Source of the DNA: Melioribacteraceae bacterium
Lineage (GTDB): Bacteria; Bacteroidota; Ignavibacteria; Ignavibacteriales; Melioribacteraceae
NCBI GenBank assembly: GCA_028280855.1
Contig: JANQLA010000087.1
Span: 1 to 63,959 of the forward strand
Direction: 5' to 3'
DNA: 63,959 bases
Shown: in pieces, positions 26,703 to 37,328 of the stretch
Layout: each line of letters opens with the position of its first letter
Position numbering within the stretch: the first letter of the stretch is position 1
The notes under the pieces: model-generated
The model's database searches: none
Told to the model about the DNA's origin: nothing
Seen by the model: only the letters and a program-made list of their open reading frames with translations
Made by a program: the position numbers and the translations under genes

Positions 26703-29306
26703 ATGTTCAACCTCGAAAAAGAAATAAGCAAATGGAAAAAATCTCTCCGTAAAAATCCGTCACTTGAAGACGGTTATATCGAGGAACTTGAATCACACCT
26801 GAGAGAAGAAATTAATAAAAAGATAAATGAAGGACTAAGTGAGCAAAGCGCTTTTAAACAGGCTGTTGAAAAAATCGGACAGGCTAATAGTATCGGTAAT
26901 GAATATTATAAATCGAATATAAAATTTACGGGATATAACATGAAAGCCGGAATCAGATTATGGACGCCCGCATTATTATACAACTATTTTAAAATAGCGT
27001 TAAGAAATATTAAAAGACATAAAGGTTATTCAATTCTAAATGTTGCAGGGCTTGCAATTGGAATGGCCTGTACTATACTTATTATGATTTGGGTGCAGGA
27101 TGAACTGAGCTATGATAGGTTTCACGCCAACGCGGAACGTATTTACAGAGTAATTGATTACGAGCAGTTTTCAGACGGCAGTGACTTTGTGTTTTCATCA
27201 AATCCCCCTGAATTAGCGCGAGTGCTTTTAAGGGAATACCCCGAAGTTGAAGAAGCTGTTAGGTATTCTGCCAAGAACAATATGGTAGTAAAATATGAAC
27301 AGAACTATTATAGTGAGGACGGATTTGCTTTTGCCGATACTTCGTTTTTTAAATTGTTCACTTTCGAATTTGTTAGCGGAGATCCCCTAAGCGCTTTTTC
27401 AAAACCGAACTCCATAGTTGTTACTAAAAATACTGCGCAGAAATATTTTGGCGATGATAATGCTATTGGCGAGGTTCTTCAAATAAATAATCAACACGAA
27501 TTTGTTGTTACAGGCGTTATTGATAACACCACCCAAAACTCACACTTACAATTCAATTTTATTGTGCCATATATTAATGTAAAAAATTTCGGTCATGCCG
27601 TAGAAGGGTGGGGTTCTTTTTATCTGAAAACGTATGTTCAACTTCACGGCGGGGTCGATTCGAAGGTTGTTTCGGATAAGATTAAAAATATAATCAAAGA
27701 CAATGTTGAAACAGTTAATGCTGAACTTTCGCTTCAACCGGTAACGGACATTCATCTATATTCAGTCAGCAGCCTAAATGAGACCGGTGATATCAAGTAC
27801 ATTTATATCTTTTCTACAATTGCCGTATTTATTCTTTTAACCGCTTGTATCAACTTTATGAACCTGGCGACGGCCAGGGCATCAAAGCGTTCCAAGGAGA
27901 TTGGTTTAAGAAAAGTGATTGGGGCCGTGAGAAAACAAGTAATAACACAGTTTTACGGGGAATCATTAGTCCTTTCGTTTATTGCGCTTTTATTTTCAAT
28001 AATCATTGTTATCCTGTCAATTCCTTATTTCAATGACCTATCCGGTAAAAATCTCACTTTTAATCCCGGCGAAAACAATTTTATCATTATCACTCTAATA
28101 ATTACAACCATTGTAACTGGATTGGTTTCAGGCAGTTATCCTGCAATATTTCTTTCATCATTCCGTCCTGTAGATATTGTGAAAGGCTCATTGAGAAAAG
28201 GCAAGGCAGGCATATTCTTTCGCAGGTCACTGGTGTTTTTTCAATTTGTACTGACTATATCGCTCATTATCGGCACGATAGTTATCACCAGGCAACTTGA
28301 TTTAATACGAAATCAAAAACTTGGCTATGATAAAGAAAATGTAGTTTGCATTAATCTGAACAACAGCAACAATGTAGAATTACTTAAAAGCGAATTACGA
28401 AAGAATTCGCAGGTAATTAATGTATCTGCCGTTTCCAATCTCCCTTCTTCTCTTGGGCCATCGTTTGCGCCTGAGTGGGAAGGAAAGCAACCAAACCAAA
28501 TGATCCTTGTTAATATACTGAACGCTGATCAGGATTTTGCAAGCACTATGAATATAGAAATGAATGAGGGCAGATTTTTCTCGCGAGATTTTAGTTCCGA
28601 CAGTTTAGATGCCAGGGTAATCAATCAAACAACCGCCGACTTACTTGGCTGGCAATCCCCTGTGGGTAAAACATTTGCCGACGGTAAAGTTATAGGCGTA
28701 ATAAAAGATTATCACTTTGGTTCTTTGCATTCTGAAGTTAGACCATTGTGTGTATTTTTAAAAAATAAGTTTAACTACTTGCTCGTAAGAGTAAGACCCG
28801 GAGATGTATCGAACACTATTGCTTCCCTTGAAGAATCCTGGAGTAAAATACTGCCAACTACGCCTTTTGAATACGGTTTTTTGGATGACAATATAAATAG
28901 GTTATACAAAGAAGATATCAGGCTTGGTAAATTGATTAATACATTCGCCGTTCTGATTCTTTTTGTAGCATGTCTTGGATTATTCGGATTAGCTTCATTC
29001 AGCGCCGAGCAGAGAACCAAAGAGATAGGCATAAGAAAAGTATTAGGCGCCTCGGTGCATGAAATTATTTTTCTACTTTCAAGGGAATTTACAAAACTTG
29101 TAATCCTCGCGAATATTATCTCATGGCCTGTAGCGTACTTTTTGGCAAACGAATGGTTGAAAGACTTTGCCGTTAAAATTGACGTGGGAATATGGATCTT
29201 TTTACCGTCGGGATTACTGGCATTTATAGTTGCCGTGTTGACAGTAGGATATCAGGCAGTAAAAACAGCTCTTTCAAATCCGGCTAAATCACTTAGGTAT
29301 GAATAA
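26703..29306 (+). CDS. Headed duplicated FtsX/MacB-type permease, array unit 7
   Basis: Head MFNLEKEISKWKKSLRKNPSLEDGYIEELESHLRE. Motifs SKEIGLRKVIGA and TKEIGIRKVLGA. Confidence 0.9.
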   Translation: MFNLEKEISKWKKSLRKNPSLEDGYIEELESHLREEINKKINEGLSEQSAFKQAVEKIGQANSIGNEYYKSNIKFTGYNMKAGIRLWTPALLYNYFKIALRNIKRHKGYSILNVAGLAIGMACTILIMIWVQDELSYDRFHANAERIYRVIDYEQFSDGSDFVFSSNPPELARVLLREYPEVEEAVRYSAKNNMVVKYEQNYYSEDGFAFADTSFFKLFTFEFVSGDPLSAFSKPNSIVVTKNTAQKYFGDDNAIGEVLQINNQHEFVVTGVIDNTTQNSHLQFNFIVPYINVKNFGHAVEGWGSFYLKTYVQLHGGVDSKVVSDKIKNIIKDNVETVNAELSLQPVTDIHLYSVSSLNETGDIKYIYIFSTIAVFILLTACINFMNLATARASKRSKEIGLRKVIGAVRKQVITQFYGESLVLSFIALLFSIIIVILSIPYFNDLSGKNLTFNPGENNFIIITLIITTIVTGLVSGSYPAIFLSSFRPVDIVKGSLRKGKAGIFFRRSLVFFQFVLTISLIIGTIVITRQLDLIRNQKLGYDKENVVCINLNNSNNVELLKSELRKNSQVINVSAVSNLPSSLGPSFAPEWEGKQPNQMILVNILNADQDFASTMNIEMNEGRFFSRDFSSDSLDARVINQTTADLLGWQSPVGKTFADGKVIGVIKDYHFGSLHSEVRPLCVFLKNKFNYLLVRVRPGDVSNTIASLEESWSKILPTTPFEYGFLDDNINRLYKEDIRLGKLINTFAVLILFVACLGLFGLASFSAEQRTKEIGIRKVLGASVHEIIFLLSREFTKLVILANIISWPVAYFLANEWLKDFAVKIDVGIWIFLPSGLLAFIVAVLTVGYQAVKTALSNPAKSLRYE

Positions 29307-29321
29307 ATTGAGGGCATTCCA

Positions 29322-31952
29322 ATGTTCAACCTTGAACGAGAAATTGAAAAATGGAAAAAATCGCTTCGTAAGAACGCCTCACTGGAAGACGGATACATAG
29401 AGGAACTGGAATCTCACCTGAGAGATAAGATAGAATCCGAGGTTTCCGGCGGAAGTGAAGAAGCAATAGCATTTGAAAAAGCAAAAACAAGTTTGGGGCG
29501 TATTACCGATGTCGGCATTGAATTTCAAAAAACGGATGCGGCAAGTAGTTTATTAAATGATGGTGGTAAAGTATCTCCGTTTTCTCCTGTGCTGATGATT
29601 ACTTACCTGAAAGTAATTATACGGTATTTGAAAAAGTATAAAAGTTATTCAATGTTGAATATTGCCGGGCTTACAATAGGCATTGCCTGCTGCCTTTTTA
29701 TTATGCTCTATATCAACTTTGAATTAAGTTATGATACTTACCATAATAATTCCGAGAGAATTTACCGCGTTAGTAAAATTAATGAAAACACAGAAAGACT
29801 TGCCGCCAATGTTATTGAAGTAGCGCCCACCTTGTTGGCAAACTACCCCGAAGTGGAAGCAGCCGGGATAGCCGGAACAAGAGGCGAGCCGATTGTCAGC
29901 TATGAAGACAAAAAATATGTAGAAGACCGCGTAAAGCTTGCAAACAGCGGTATCTTCAATATATTAAACATCGAATTTTTGCAAGGCGATAAATCCACTG
30001 CTTTAACCCGCAAGCTAACCGCCGTTATTACCGAGCGTATCTCAAAAAAGTATTTTGGCAATGAGAATCCAATTGGTAAAAAATTATTGATTGATACTAC
30101 TTATTACGAGGTTACTCACGTTGTAGCGAACTGTCCGCCCAATACACATTTAAAATACGATACGTTTCTTCATCTTGACCCGGATAATATGGGCCCCTGG
30201 CAAAGACCCTGGGCGGGATGGCATGCAATGAATTACATAAAACTTACCGAAGGAGTAGATCCGCAAAAGTTTGAAAAGAAAATCGCCAACTTGCCCGATC
30301 AATATTTGAGCGAAGAGTTTAAAAAAAGAGGAATGGGTTTCACTTTGTTTCTTCAGCCTATAGAGAGCATCCACTTATACTCAAATCTTAAGTGGGAAGC
30401 TGAGGCTCCTGGTAATGTAATTTACCTGTATGTATTCGGGATTATTGGCTTATTAATATTGTTAAATGCCGGGTTTAATTTCATCAATCTTTCAACTGCA
30501 AGGTCGGGCATCCGGCTGTTAGAGGTTGGTATTCGCAAAGTAATGGGTGCTTCAAAACCTCAACTGATAACCCAGTTTTTAATTGAGTCATTAACTATCA
30601 CGTTTGTTTCTATAATGCTGGCGCTGCTACTGGTAATCTTTTTAATGCCGTGGTTTAATGAAATTGCCGGAGTAAACTCGCAGCTTGTTGATTTAATAAA
30701 TCCTTCTTTGCTTACCGGACTCGGTCTGGTGTTTATTATTATCGGTATTGCAGCAGGTATTTATCCTGCATTTGTATTGTCATCAGGCAGGGCTTTATTA
30801 CTTACCCAAAAACTATTTTACAAATCGGAAAATCGTTATTTGCTGCGAAGGGTATTGGTAGTCGGTCAATTCTCAATTTCAATACTGCTTATAATCGGAA
30901 CACTGGTTCTGAACGAACAACTGGATTTTATGAAAAACGAATACCCGGGATTCGATAAAGATCAGAAGCTGGTTCTTGAATTGAACCGGGAAAGAGTAAA
31001 TAGCGAAACGTTCGAATCCGTAAAGCATGAATTCGAAAGGCATCCGTCAATTATCAAATCTGCTTTTTCTTCGAGTGTACCCGGTAGATGGATGTACCTG
31101 TGGCGTATGTATCCTTACGGCGAAGAAAAAACAAATACACATGCAACAAATTGTTTCCAGGTAGATAAAGATTTTCTGAATTTATATGACATACAATTAG
31201 CTGCGGGCAACCAGTTTTTGTCAAGCGAAAATAACCGCGGTTGCTTATTGAATGAAGTTGCTGTTAAAACTTTTGGCTGGTCTGATTTTGATGAAGCGCT
31301 TACCCATCAAATCAACAGGCAGAGCAATCAAATTATTGGAATAATGAAAGATTTTCACTTCAGGGGATTGCAATCCAACATTGAACCGTTGATAATTTTT
31401 TTGATGAATGAAGACTATAGATACCTTACGCTCAAGGTAGAATTGAATAATCTTGAGGAAACAGTATCGTTTGTTAAAAACAAGTACGTGGAATTATTTC
31501 CCGAAGATATATTTAACTATTTTTTTTTAGACGAAGACTTCAATAGGCAATATGCTTCAGATGAACAGTTGGCAGAGTCATTTAATATATTCACCATTCT
31601 TGGAATTATAATAGCTTGCCTGGGTTTAACAGGGTTAGCTTCGTTTATGGCGGAAAGGAAAACAAAAGAAATCGGCATACGAAAAACTCTTGGTGCAAGC
31701 TCGTCTCAAATACTGGTTTTGTTCACCGGTCAATTCATATGGTGGGTTTTACTTTCCAATGTTATAGCATGGCCGATTGCTTATTTCGCAATTCAGGAAT
31801 GGCTGAAAGATTTCGCTTATAAAACGGAAATAGATATTTCTTTATTTATTTTCTCTGCTATTGCGGCTTTGTTAATTGCGCTTGGCACAATTTCGTTTCA
31901 GACGCTCAAAGCAGCAAGAGCCAATCCTGTTGAGGCATTAAAGTATGAATGA
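29322..31952 (+). CDS. Headed duplicated FtsX/MacB-type permease, array unit 8
   Basis: Head MFNLEREIEKWKKSLRKNASLEDGYIEELESHLRD. Motifs LLEVGIRKVMGA and TKEIGIRKTLGA. Confidence 0.9.
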   Translation: MFNLEREIEKWKKSLRKNASLEDGYIEELESHLRDKIESEVSGGSEEAIAFEKAKTSLGRITDVGIEFQKTDAASSLLNDGGKVSPFSPVLMITYLKVIIRYLKKYKSYSMLNIAGLTIGIACCLFIMLYINFELSYDTYHNNSERIYRVSKINENTERLAANVIEVAPTLLANYPEVEAAGIAGTRGEPIVSYEDKKYVEDRVKLANSGIFNILNIEFLQGDKSTALTRKLTAVITERISKKYFGNENPIGKKLLIDTTYYEVTHVVANCPPNTHLKYDTFLHLDPDNMGPWQRPWAGWHAMNYIKLTEGVDPQKFEKKIANLPDQYLSEEFKKRGMGFTLFLQPIESIHLYSNLKWEAEAPGNVIYLYVFGIIGLLILLNAGFNFINLSTARSGIRLLEVGIRKVMGASKPQLITQFLIESLTITFVSIMLALLLVIFLMPWFNEIAGVNSQLVDLINPSLLTGLGLVFIIIGIAAGIYPAFVLSSGRALLLTQKLFYKSENRYLLRRVLVVGQFSISILLIIGTLVLNEQLDFMKNEYPGFDKDQKLVLELNRERVNSETFESVKHEFERHPSIIKSAFSSSVPGRWMYLWRMYPYGEEKTNTHATNCFQVDKDFLNLYDIQLAAGNQFLSSENNRGCLLNEVAVKTFGWSDFDEALTHQINRQSNQIIGIMKDFHFRGLQSNIEPLIIFLMNEDYRYLTLKVELNNLEETVSFVKNKYVELFPEDIFNYFFLDEDFNRQYASDEQLAESFNIFTILGIIIACLGLTGLASFMAERKTKEIGIRKTLGASSSQILVLFTGQFIWWVLLSNVIAWPIAYFAIQEWLKDFAYKTEIDISLFIFSAIAALLIALGTISFQTLKAARANPVEALKYE

Positions 31953-32005
31953 TACTAAATCGAAATCCCGCTTTGGCGGCGATCGACTCTCTAAAAAATG
32001 AATAA
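31953..32005 (+). pseudogene. Ghost 3' tail of a permease unit inside the unit 8/9 spacer
   Basis: The spacer contains aatcccgct...tctctaaaaaatgaataa. In frame from 31949 this reads ..NRNPALAAIDSLKNE*. By hand count 15 of the last 18 nt match the genuine end of unit 9 (tcgcttaaaaatgaatag). Confidence 0.45.
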
Positions 32006-32023
32006 TACAGCGAAGGTTATAAA

Positions 32024-34654
32024 ATGTTCAACATCGAGAAAGAAATAAACAAGTGGAAAAAAACACTTCGGAAAAATCCATCTTTAGAAGATGGATATAT
32101 AGATGAACTAGTGTCCCATCTGCGCGATGATATTGACAAATATGTCCGGGACGGATTATTGGAAGATGAGGCGTTTAATAAGGCAACGAATAAAATTGGA
32201 GAAATACAACAGATGGGAAGCGAATACTTTAAATCGAATACAACAAACAAGATAAGCTGCAGACCTTCCTGGCAAGCGCCCAGGTGGATACCGGTATTGT
32301 TTTGGAACTATTATAGAGTTGCTATTCGAAACCTAAAGCGAAACAAGGGATTCACCGCAATAAATATTACGGGCTTAACATTAGGATTAACCTGCAGCCT
32401 GTTAATTTTACTTTGGGTAAACAATGAACTTAGCTACGATACTTTTCACGATAATGCCGAAGACATTTACAGGGTTGTTAAAGATCATAGCTATAGCGGA
32501 AAAGTTTTGCCTGTTGCCGTGACACCTGCTCCTTTGGGCCCTGCGCTAAAGGAATCGTATCCCGAGATCATTGACGCTGCAAGGATTAAATACTATACAA
32601 GAACTATTAAAAATGACGACGAACTTTATTCAGAAACACTTTTATATGCCGATCCCTCTGTTTTGAAGATGTTTACTTTTCCATTAATTAACGGGGACGA
32701 AAACACGGCATTGAAAGAATCACACTCTATTATACTATCGGAATCACTGGCGGAGAAAATATTCGGTGATGAAAATCCAACCGGCAAACACCTTTTAATT
32801 GATAATAAAATTAGCTTAGTAGTAACAGGTGTTTTGGCAGACGTTCCCGAAAACTCGCATCTTCAATTTAATGCAATAGTTCCGTTTGTATTGTATGAAG
32901 AAGACGGGATGGATCTGGAAAACTGGAGGTCCAGCGCTTTTTACACATATGTACGTTTGCACGCCGATGCTGAACAGCTAATCGTAAATGAAAAGATAAA
33001 AGAAATAATAAACAATAATAGATCCGATGCCCAGATGAGAGTTTACTTACAGGCAATGCTTGATATACATTTGTATACGGGCTCCAGGTTTGCGGCTGAT
33101 ATTCCCGGACACGGAAACATTGAGCTGGTTAATATATTTACGCTGGTATCAATATTTATAATTCTAATAGCATGTATCAACTTTATGAATCTCTCTACTG
33201 CCCGGTCGGTAAAGCGTGCTAAAGAAGTAAGCTTAAGAAAAATACTCGGGGGCGTTCGCTCACAGCTTATATGGCAATTTTTTATTGAATCAATTCTTTT
33301 AACTTCTATTTCCACGTTTCTTTCTGTTATACTGGTTTATTTGGTGATGCCGGGCTTTAATTCACTAACCGGGAAAGAAATCGACATTGCTCAAATTGAT
33401 CGGAATTTACTTCTAGCTTTAATAGCGGTCCCATTAGTTACGGGCATAATATCTGGAAGTTATCCGGCGCTCTTTCTATCATCTTTTTCACCGGCAAAGA
33501 TTTTACAAGGAAGGTTTACTTCGGGTAAATCCGGCTCATACTTTCGGAAAGTTTTAGTTGTTACCCAGTTTACAATTTCTTTAGTTCTGATGATCGGCAC
33601 CCTGGTGGTTTATAACCAGTTGAAATTTATTCAAAGTAAGGATCTTGGCTTCCAAAAAGAGAACATATTGCATACCCAGATTGATGAAACAATAAAATCG
33701 AAGATTAATGTTGTAAAACAAGAATTGCAGAAAAACGCTGAAGTTCTTTCGGTAACCTTATCCAGTGATTTACCGGTTTATTACGGCGGTTACGGAACAT
33801 CGGATGTAGAATGGGAAGGTAAAAACCCTGCGGATAAAATAGTCATGAATTTCGTTCGGGTAGATGAAGACTATTTGTCGACTTTCCAAACAGAACTGAA
33901 AGAAGGAAGGTTTTTTTCAAGAGATTTTTTTGCTGATACAAGTTCGGTTGTAATAAATGAATCTGCTGTTGCGCTAATGGATATGGGTGAAACAATAGGT
34001 AAAAAAATAACCATGTGGGGAGATGAACTTACTATTATTGGTGTGACTAAAGATATTCATTTTCAAAAGTTGGATAGCAAAAGCGGCCCGCTTGTATATA
34101 GACTCATGTCTGATTGGAGTAACACATTATTTATACATATGGCGGACGGCAACATTTCGAACACAATAAACTTCATCGAAAAAACACTTAAAGACCTGGG
34201 ATCTGAAAAGCCGTTTAATTATTCATTTCTTGAGGAAGATATTTTCGAGCTGTATGAATCCGAATATAGAATGGAAGAGTTATTCAAATACTTTTCACTC
34301 TTGGCGATTGTCGTTTCTTGCTTAGGTTTGTTCGGTCTTGCATCTTCAATGGCGGAAAGGAAAGTAAAAGAAATCGGTATACGAAAAACCTTAGGAGCAG
34401 GTGTTGCAAGTCTAACAATTTTACTATCTAAAGGATTTGCGAAGTTAGTCGTATTATCAATTATGATAGCATCACCGTTAGCCTGGTATTTAATGAACAA
34501 TTGGCTTAATAACTATGCATATAAAATAGAAATGAAGTTATGGTATTTTATCATTTGCGGAGTACTTGCTCTACTGGTAGCGCTATTTACCGTTTCGTTC
34601 CAAACTATTAAAGCTGCATTAGTAAATCCTGTAAGGTCGCTTAAAAATGAATAG
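32024..34654 (+). CDS. Headed duplicated FtsX/MacB-type permease, array unit 9
   Basis: Head MFNIEKEINKWKKTLRKNPSLEDGYIDELVSHLRD. Motifs AKEVSLRKILGG and VKEIGIRKTLGA. Its body is the closest paralog of unit 13. Confidence 0.9.
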   Translation: MFNIEKEINKWKKTLRKNPSLEDGYIDELVSHLRDDIDKYVRDGLLEDEAFNKATNKIGEIQQMGSEYFKSNTTNKISCRPSWQAPRWIPVLFWNYYRVAIRNLKRNKGFTAINITGLTLGLTCSLLILLWVNNELSYDTFHDNAEDIYRVVKDHSYSGKVLPVAVTPAPLGPALKESYPEIIDAARIKYYTRTIKNDDELYSETLLYADPSVLKMFTFPLINGDENTALKESHSIILSESLAEKIFGDENPTGKHLLIDNKISLVVTGVLADVPENSHLQFNAIVPFVLYEEDGMDLENWRSSAFYTYVRLHADAEQLIVNEKIKEIINNNRSDAQMRVYLQAMLDIHLYTGSRFAADIPGHGNIELVNIFTLVSIFIILIACINFMNLSTARSVKRAKEVSLRKILGGVRSQLIWQFFIESILLTSISTFLSVILVYLVMPGFNSLTGKEIDIAQIDRNLLLALIAVPLVTGIISGSYPALFLSSFSPAKILQGRFTSGKSGSYFRKVLVVTQFTISLVLMIGTLVVYNQLKFIQSKDLGFQKENILHTQIDETIKSKINVVKQELQKNAEVLSVTLSSDLPVYYGGYGTSDVEWEGKNPADKIVMNFVRVDEDYLSTFQTELKEGRFFSRDFFADTSSVVINESAVALMDMGETIGKKITMWGDELTIIGVTKDIHFQKLDSKSGPLVYRLMSDWSNTLFIHMADGNISNTINFIEKTLKDLGSEKPFNYSFLEEDIFELYESEYRMEELFKYFSLLAIVVSCLGLFGLASSMAERKVKEIGIRKTLGAGVASLTILLSKGFAKLVVLSIMIASPLAWYLMNNWLNNYAYKIEMKLWYFIICGVLALLVALFTVSFQTIKAALVNPVRSLKNE

Positions 34655-34662
34655 GTAAACCT

Positions 34663-37314
34663 ATGTTCAATCTCGAAAAGGAAATTATTAAGTGGAAAAA
34701 ATCACTTCGCAAAAACCCCTCACTTGAAGACGGGTACATCGAGGAGTTGGAATCCCATTTACGGGATGTTGTCGATGAACACCTTGAGATGGGAATATCA
34801 TTAGAGGGATCGTTCAACTATGCTGTTGAACAAATTGGCAAATCACATCAACTAGGTAATCAATTTTATAATGCCTACTCGAAAGGATTTAACAGCCGGC
34901 CGCCATGGCAGGCTCCGAAGTGGATTCCCTCGCTTTTGTGGAACTACATAAAGATAGCTTTAAGAAATATTAGAAGACACAAGAGTTATTCGCTTATTAA
35001 TATTTTGGGTTTCTCTATTGCAATGGTTCCCGCCGTGTTAACATTTCTTTACGTAGCGTATGAGTTAAGTTATGATAGACATAATGCAAATTATGACAGG
35101 ATTTACAGAGTTATCTCCGATGGAAGATACGGCACGATAATGCCCTTACCTCTCGGACCCGCGCTTAAGGCAGGAGCGCCGGAAGTTGAAGAAGCGATTC
35201 GTATGAGAGGAGGCGGAGAATATATTAAGTACAAAGATAAGGAAATTGCTGAAAGAAATGTAATGTGGGCGGATCCCGAAATTTTAAAAATATTTACTTT
35301 CGAGTTTGTAAAAGGAAATCCTGAATCCGCCTTCCAAAACAAATATTCCGTTGTTATTTCCGAAAGTGCCGCAAATAGACTTTTGGGAGATAAAAATCCA
35401 CTAGGCAAAATATTGATAGTTCGGGAAGTATATCATTTAAAAATAACAGGGGTCTTTAAAGACTTACCGCAAACATCGCACTTTGACGCTGATTTTATTG
35501 TTCCGGTAACTTTAACTTATGGAAATGAAATAAAGTCTGCGGGTATTACGGTGGATAACTATGCCTGGGGAATGAGCATTTATTTAACTTACGTGTTGCT
35601 TAAACATAATGCTGATCCAGCCGCATTTGAAGAAAAGATAAATTCTATAATTGAAAAGTATGACGGAGATTTTGATTACAGCGATGTTAAATACTCTTTG
35701 CAGCCTTTATCCGATATTCACCTCAAATCTCATTTAGGAGTTGAGCATAAACCGAACGCCGATATCACGCAGATAACAATTTTTTTCTCAATGGCCTTGG
35801 TGATACTCATTATAGCAGTAATTAACTATGTTAACCTATCAACTGCTAGGGCTACTAAAAGAATTAAGGAGATCGGTGTAAGAAAAGTAATCGGAGCCCG
35901 CAAAACGCAGCTTGTGCGGCAGTTAATGCTGGAAACCATAGTTATTACGTCGTCCTCTTTTATAATTACTCTAATAATGGTGAATTTTATATTACCCTAT
36001 TTCGAAAACTTTATTGGCATTCAATTACAGTTCAATATATTCGCCAACTTAGATTTGCTTAGCGGAATATTGTTGATAATTCTTTTAGTGTCTATAATTT
36101 CCGGTATATATCCAGCATTTGTTCTTTCCTCTATGCGTCCTTTATCATTTTTCAGCGGAACATTTACGTCGAATCGTAAGCCGGTTTTCAGAAGTGTTCT
36201 GGTAATCTTACAGTTTGTAATGACCATTTTACTTGTAATTTTCACGGCTGTTGTAAATAGGCAAATGGAATACATTGCGAACAAGGATTTAGGTTACTCA
36301 ACGGACAACATTATAAACATAACTCTGCGTGGTAAAACATTCCAAAGTAGTAAACAGACACTAAAAAATGAATTATTAAAAAATCCCGGAATCACGAAAG
36401 TATCCATTTCATCTGCTAATCCGGGATTTGTCTCGCAATACAGTAATTTTATTTGGGAAGGGAGACCGAAAGGACATAATACATTTATTAATTATGCTGC
36501 TATAGACAACGACTTTATTGATTTATATAATCTGAAAATCCTTCAGGGTAGACAATTCCTGGAAAATTTTAAATCCGACAAGACGGAAGGAGTTATTATA
36601 AATGAAGCCGCACTTTGGGAGACCGGCTGGAAAAATCCTATAGGAAAAACAATTAATCACAGAACCCGTTATGGAGATTTTGATAGACGGGTAATCGGTG
36701 TTGTAAAGAATTTTCAGTCCAAGTCATTGCATAGTACAATTCCACCGTTGTACCTAGTTGTTGATTCAACGATGTCAAATAGAACGGTTTCAATCAAAAT
36801 CTCTACTGAAAACCAGGAAGCAACACTAGCATTCATTAAACAGCAAATGGAGAAATTCCAACCAGAATATGAGTTTGCATATTTTTTCTTCGGTGATCTG
36901 CTTAAAATAATGTACAAAGCCGAACATAAGATACAGACTGTCTTCACCATCTTTTCAGTATTCACGATACTTATCTCGTGCCTGGGATTATTTGGATTGG
37001 TTTCATTTACTACCGAAACAAGGCAGAAAGAAATCGGCATACGAAAAGTACTCGGCGCATCTTCATTACAGATAGGCTCTAAGATGTTGCGCGAAATGAT
37101 GATACTAATTTTAATTGCAAGCATATTATCGGCTCCACTTGCTTACTACGGCGCGGGAAAATGGCTTGAGGATTTTGCGTACAAGATTGATATGGGAATC
37201 AGCGTATTTATTATCTCCTGCTTGCTGGTCTATTTTCTTTCTATTGCTGCAATGATTGTACAGGTAAGAAAAGCGGCGCTGCGAAATCCTGTTGAAACAT
37301 TGATGTATGAATAA
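34663..37314 (+). CDS. Headed duplicated FtsX/MacB-type permease, array unit 10
   Basis: Head MFNLEKEIIKWKKSLRKNPSLEDGYIEELESHLRD. Motifs IKEIGVRKVIGA and QKEIGIRKVLGA. 8-nt junction. Confidence 0.9.
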   Translation: MFNLEKEIIKWKKSLRKNPSLEDGYIEELESHLRDVVDEHLEMGISLEGSFNYAVEQIGKSHQLGNQFYNAYSKGFNSRPPWQAPKWIPSLLWNYIKIALRNIRRHKSYSLINILGFSIAMVPAVLTFLYVAYELSYDRHNANYDRIYRVISDGRYGTIMPLPLGPALKAGAPEVEEAIRMRGGGEYIKYKDKEIAERNVMWADPEILKIFTFEFVKGNPESAFQNKYSVVISESAANRLLGDKNPLGKILIVREVYHLKITGVFKDLPQTSHFDADFIVPVTLTYGNEIKSAGITVDNYAWGMSIYLTYVLLKHNADPAAFEEKINSIIEKYDGDFDYSDVKYSLQPLSDIHLKSHLGVEHKPNADITQITIFFSMALVILIIAVINYVNLSTARATKRIKEIGVRKVIGARKTQLVRQLMLETIVITSSSFIITLIMVNFILPYFENFIGIQLQFNIFANLDLLSGILLIILLVSIISGIYPAFVLSSMRPLSFFSGTFTSNRKPVFRSVLVILQFVMTILLVIFTAVVNRQMEYIANKDLGYSTDNIINITLRGKTFQSSKQTLKNELLKNPGITKVSISSANPGFVSQYSNFIWEGRPKGHNTFINYAAIDNDFIDLYNLKILQGRQFLENFKSDKTEGVIINEAALWETGWKNPIGKTINHRTRYGDFDRRVIGVVKNFQSKSLHSTIPPLYLVVDSTMSNRTVSIKISTENQEATLAFIKQQMEKFQPEYEFAYFFFGDLLKIMYKAEHKIQTVFTIFSVFTILISCLGLFGLVSFTTETRQKEIGIRKVLGASSLQIGSKMLREMMILILIASILSAPLAYYGAGKWLEDFAYKIDMGISVFIISCLLVYFLSIAAMIVQVRKAALRNPVETLMYE

Positions 37315-37328
37315 ATAAGTGTAGGCCT

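Noticed and set aside
26634-32005. Mini-ORFs overlapping the stops of units 6 and 8 (MNDIKTRFRFRRVDLLKYE* from 26634; MILNRNPALAAIDSLKNE* from 31949), considered as micropeptides or leader peptides.
   Set aside because: Their ATGs arise automatically from the KYE-stop codon context of the upstream gene. The two are not in equivalent frames. Their ends copy genuine unit tails. I interpret them as ghost 3' tails rather than coding genes.
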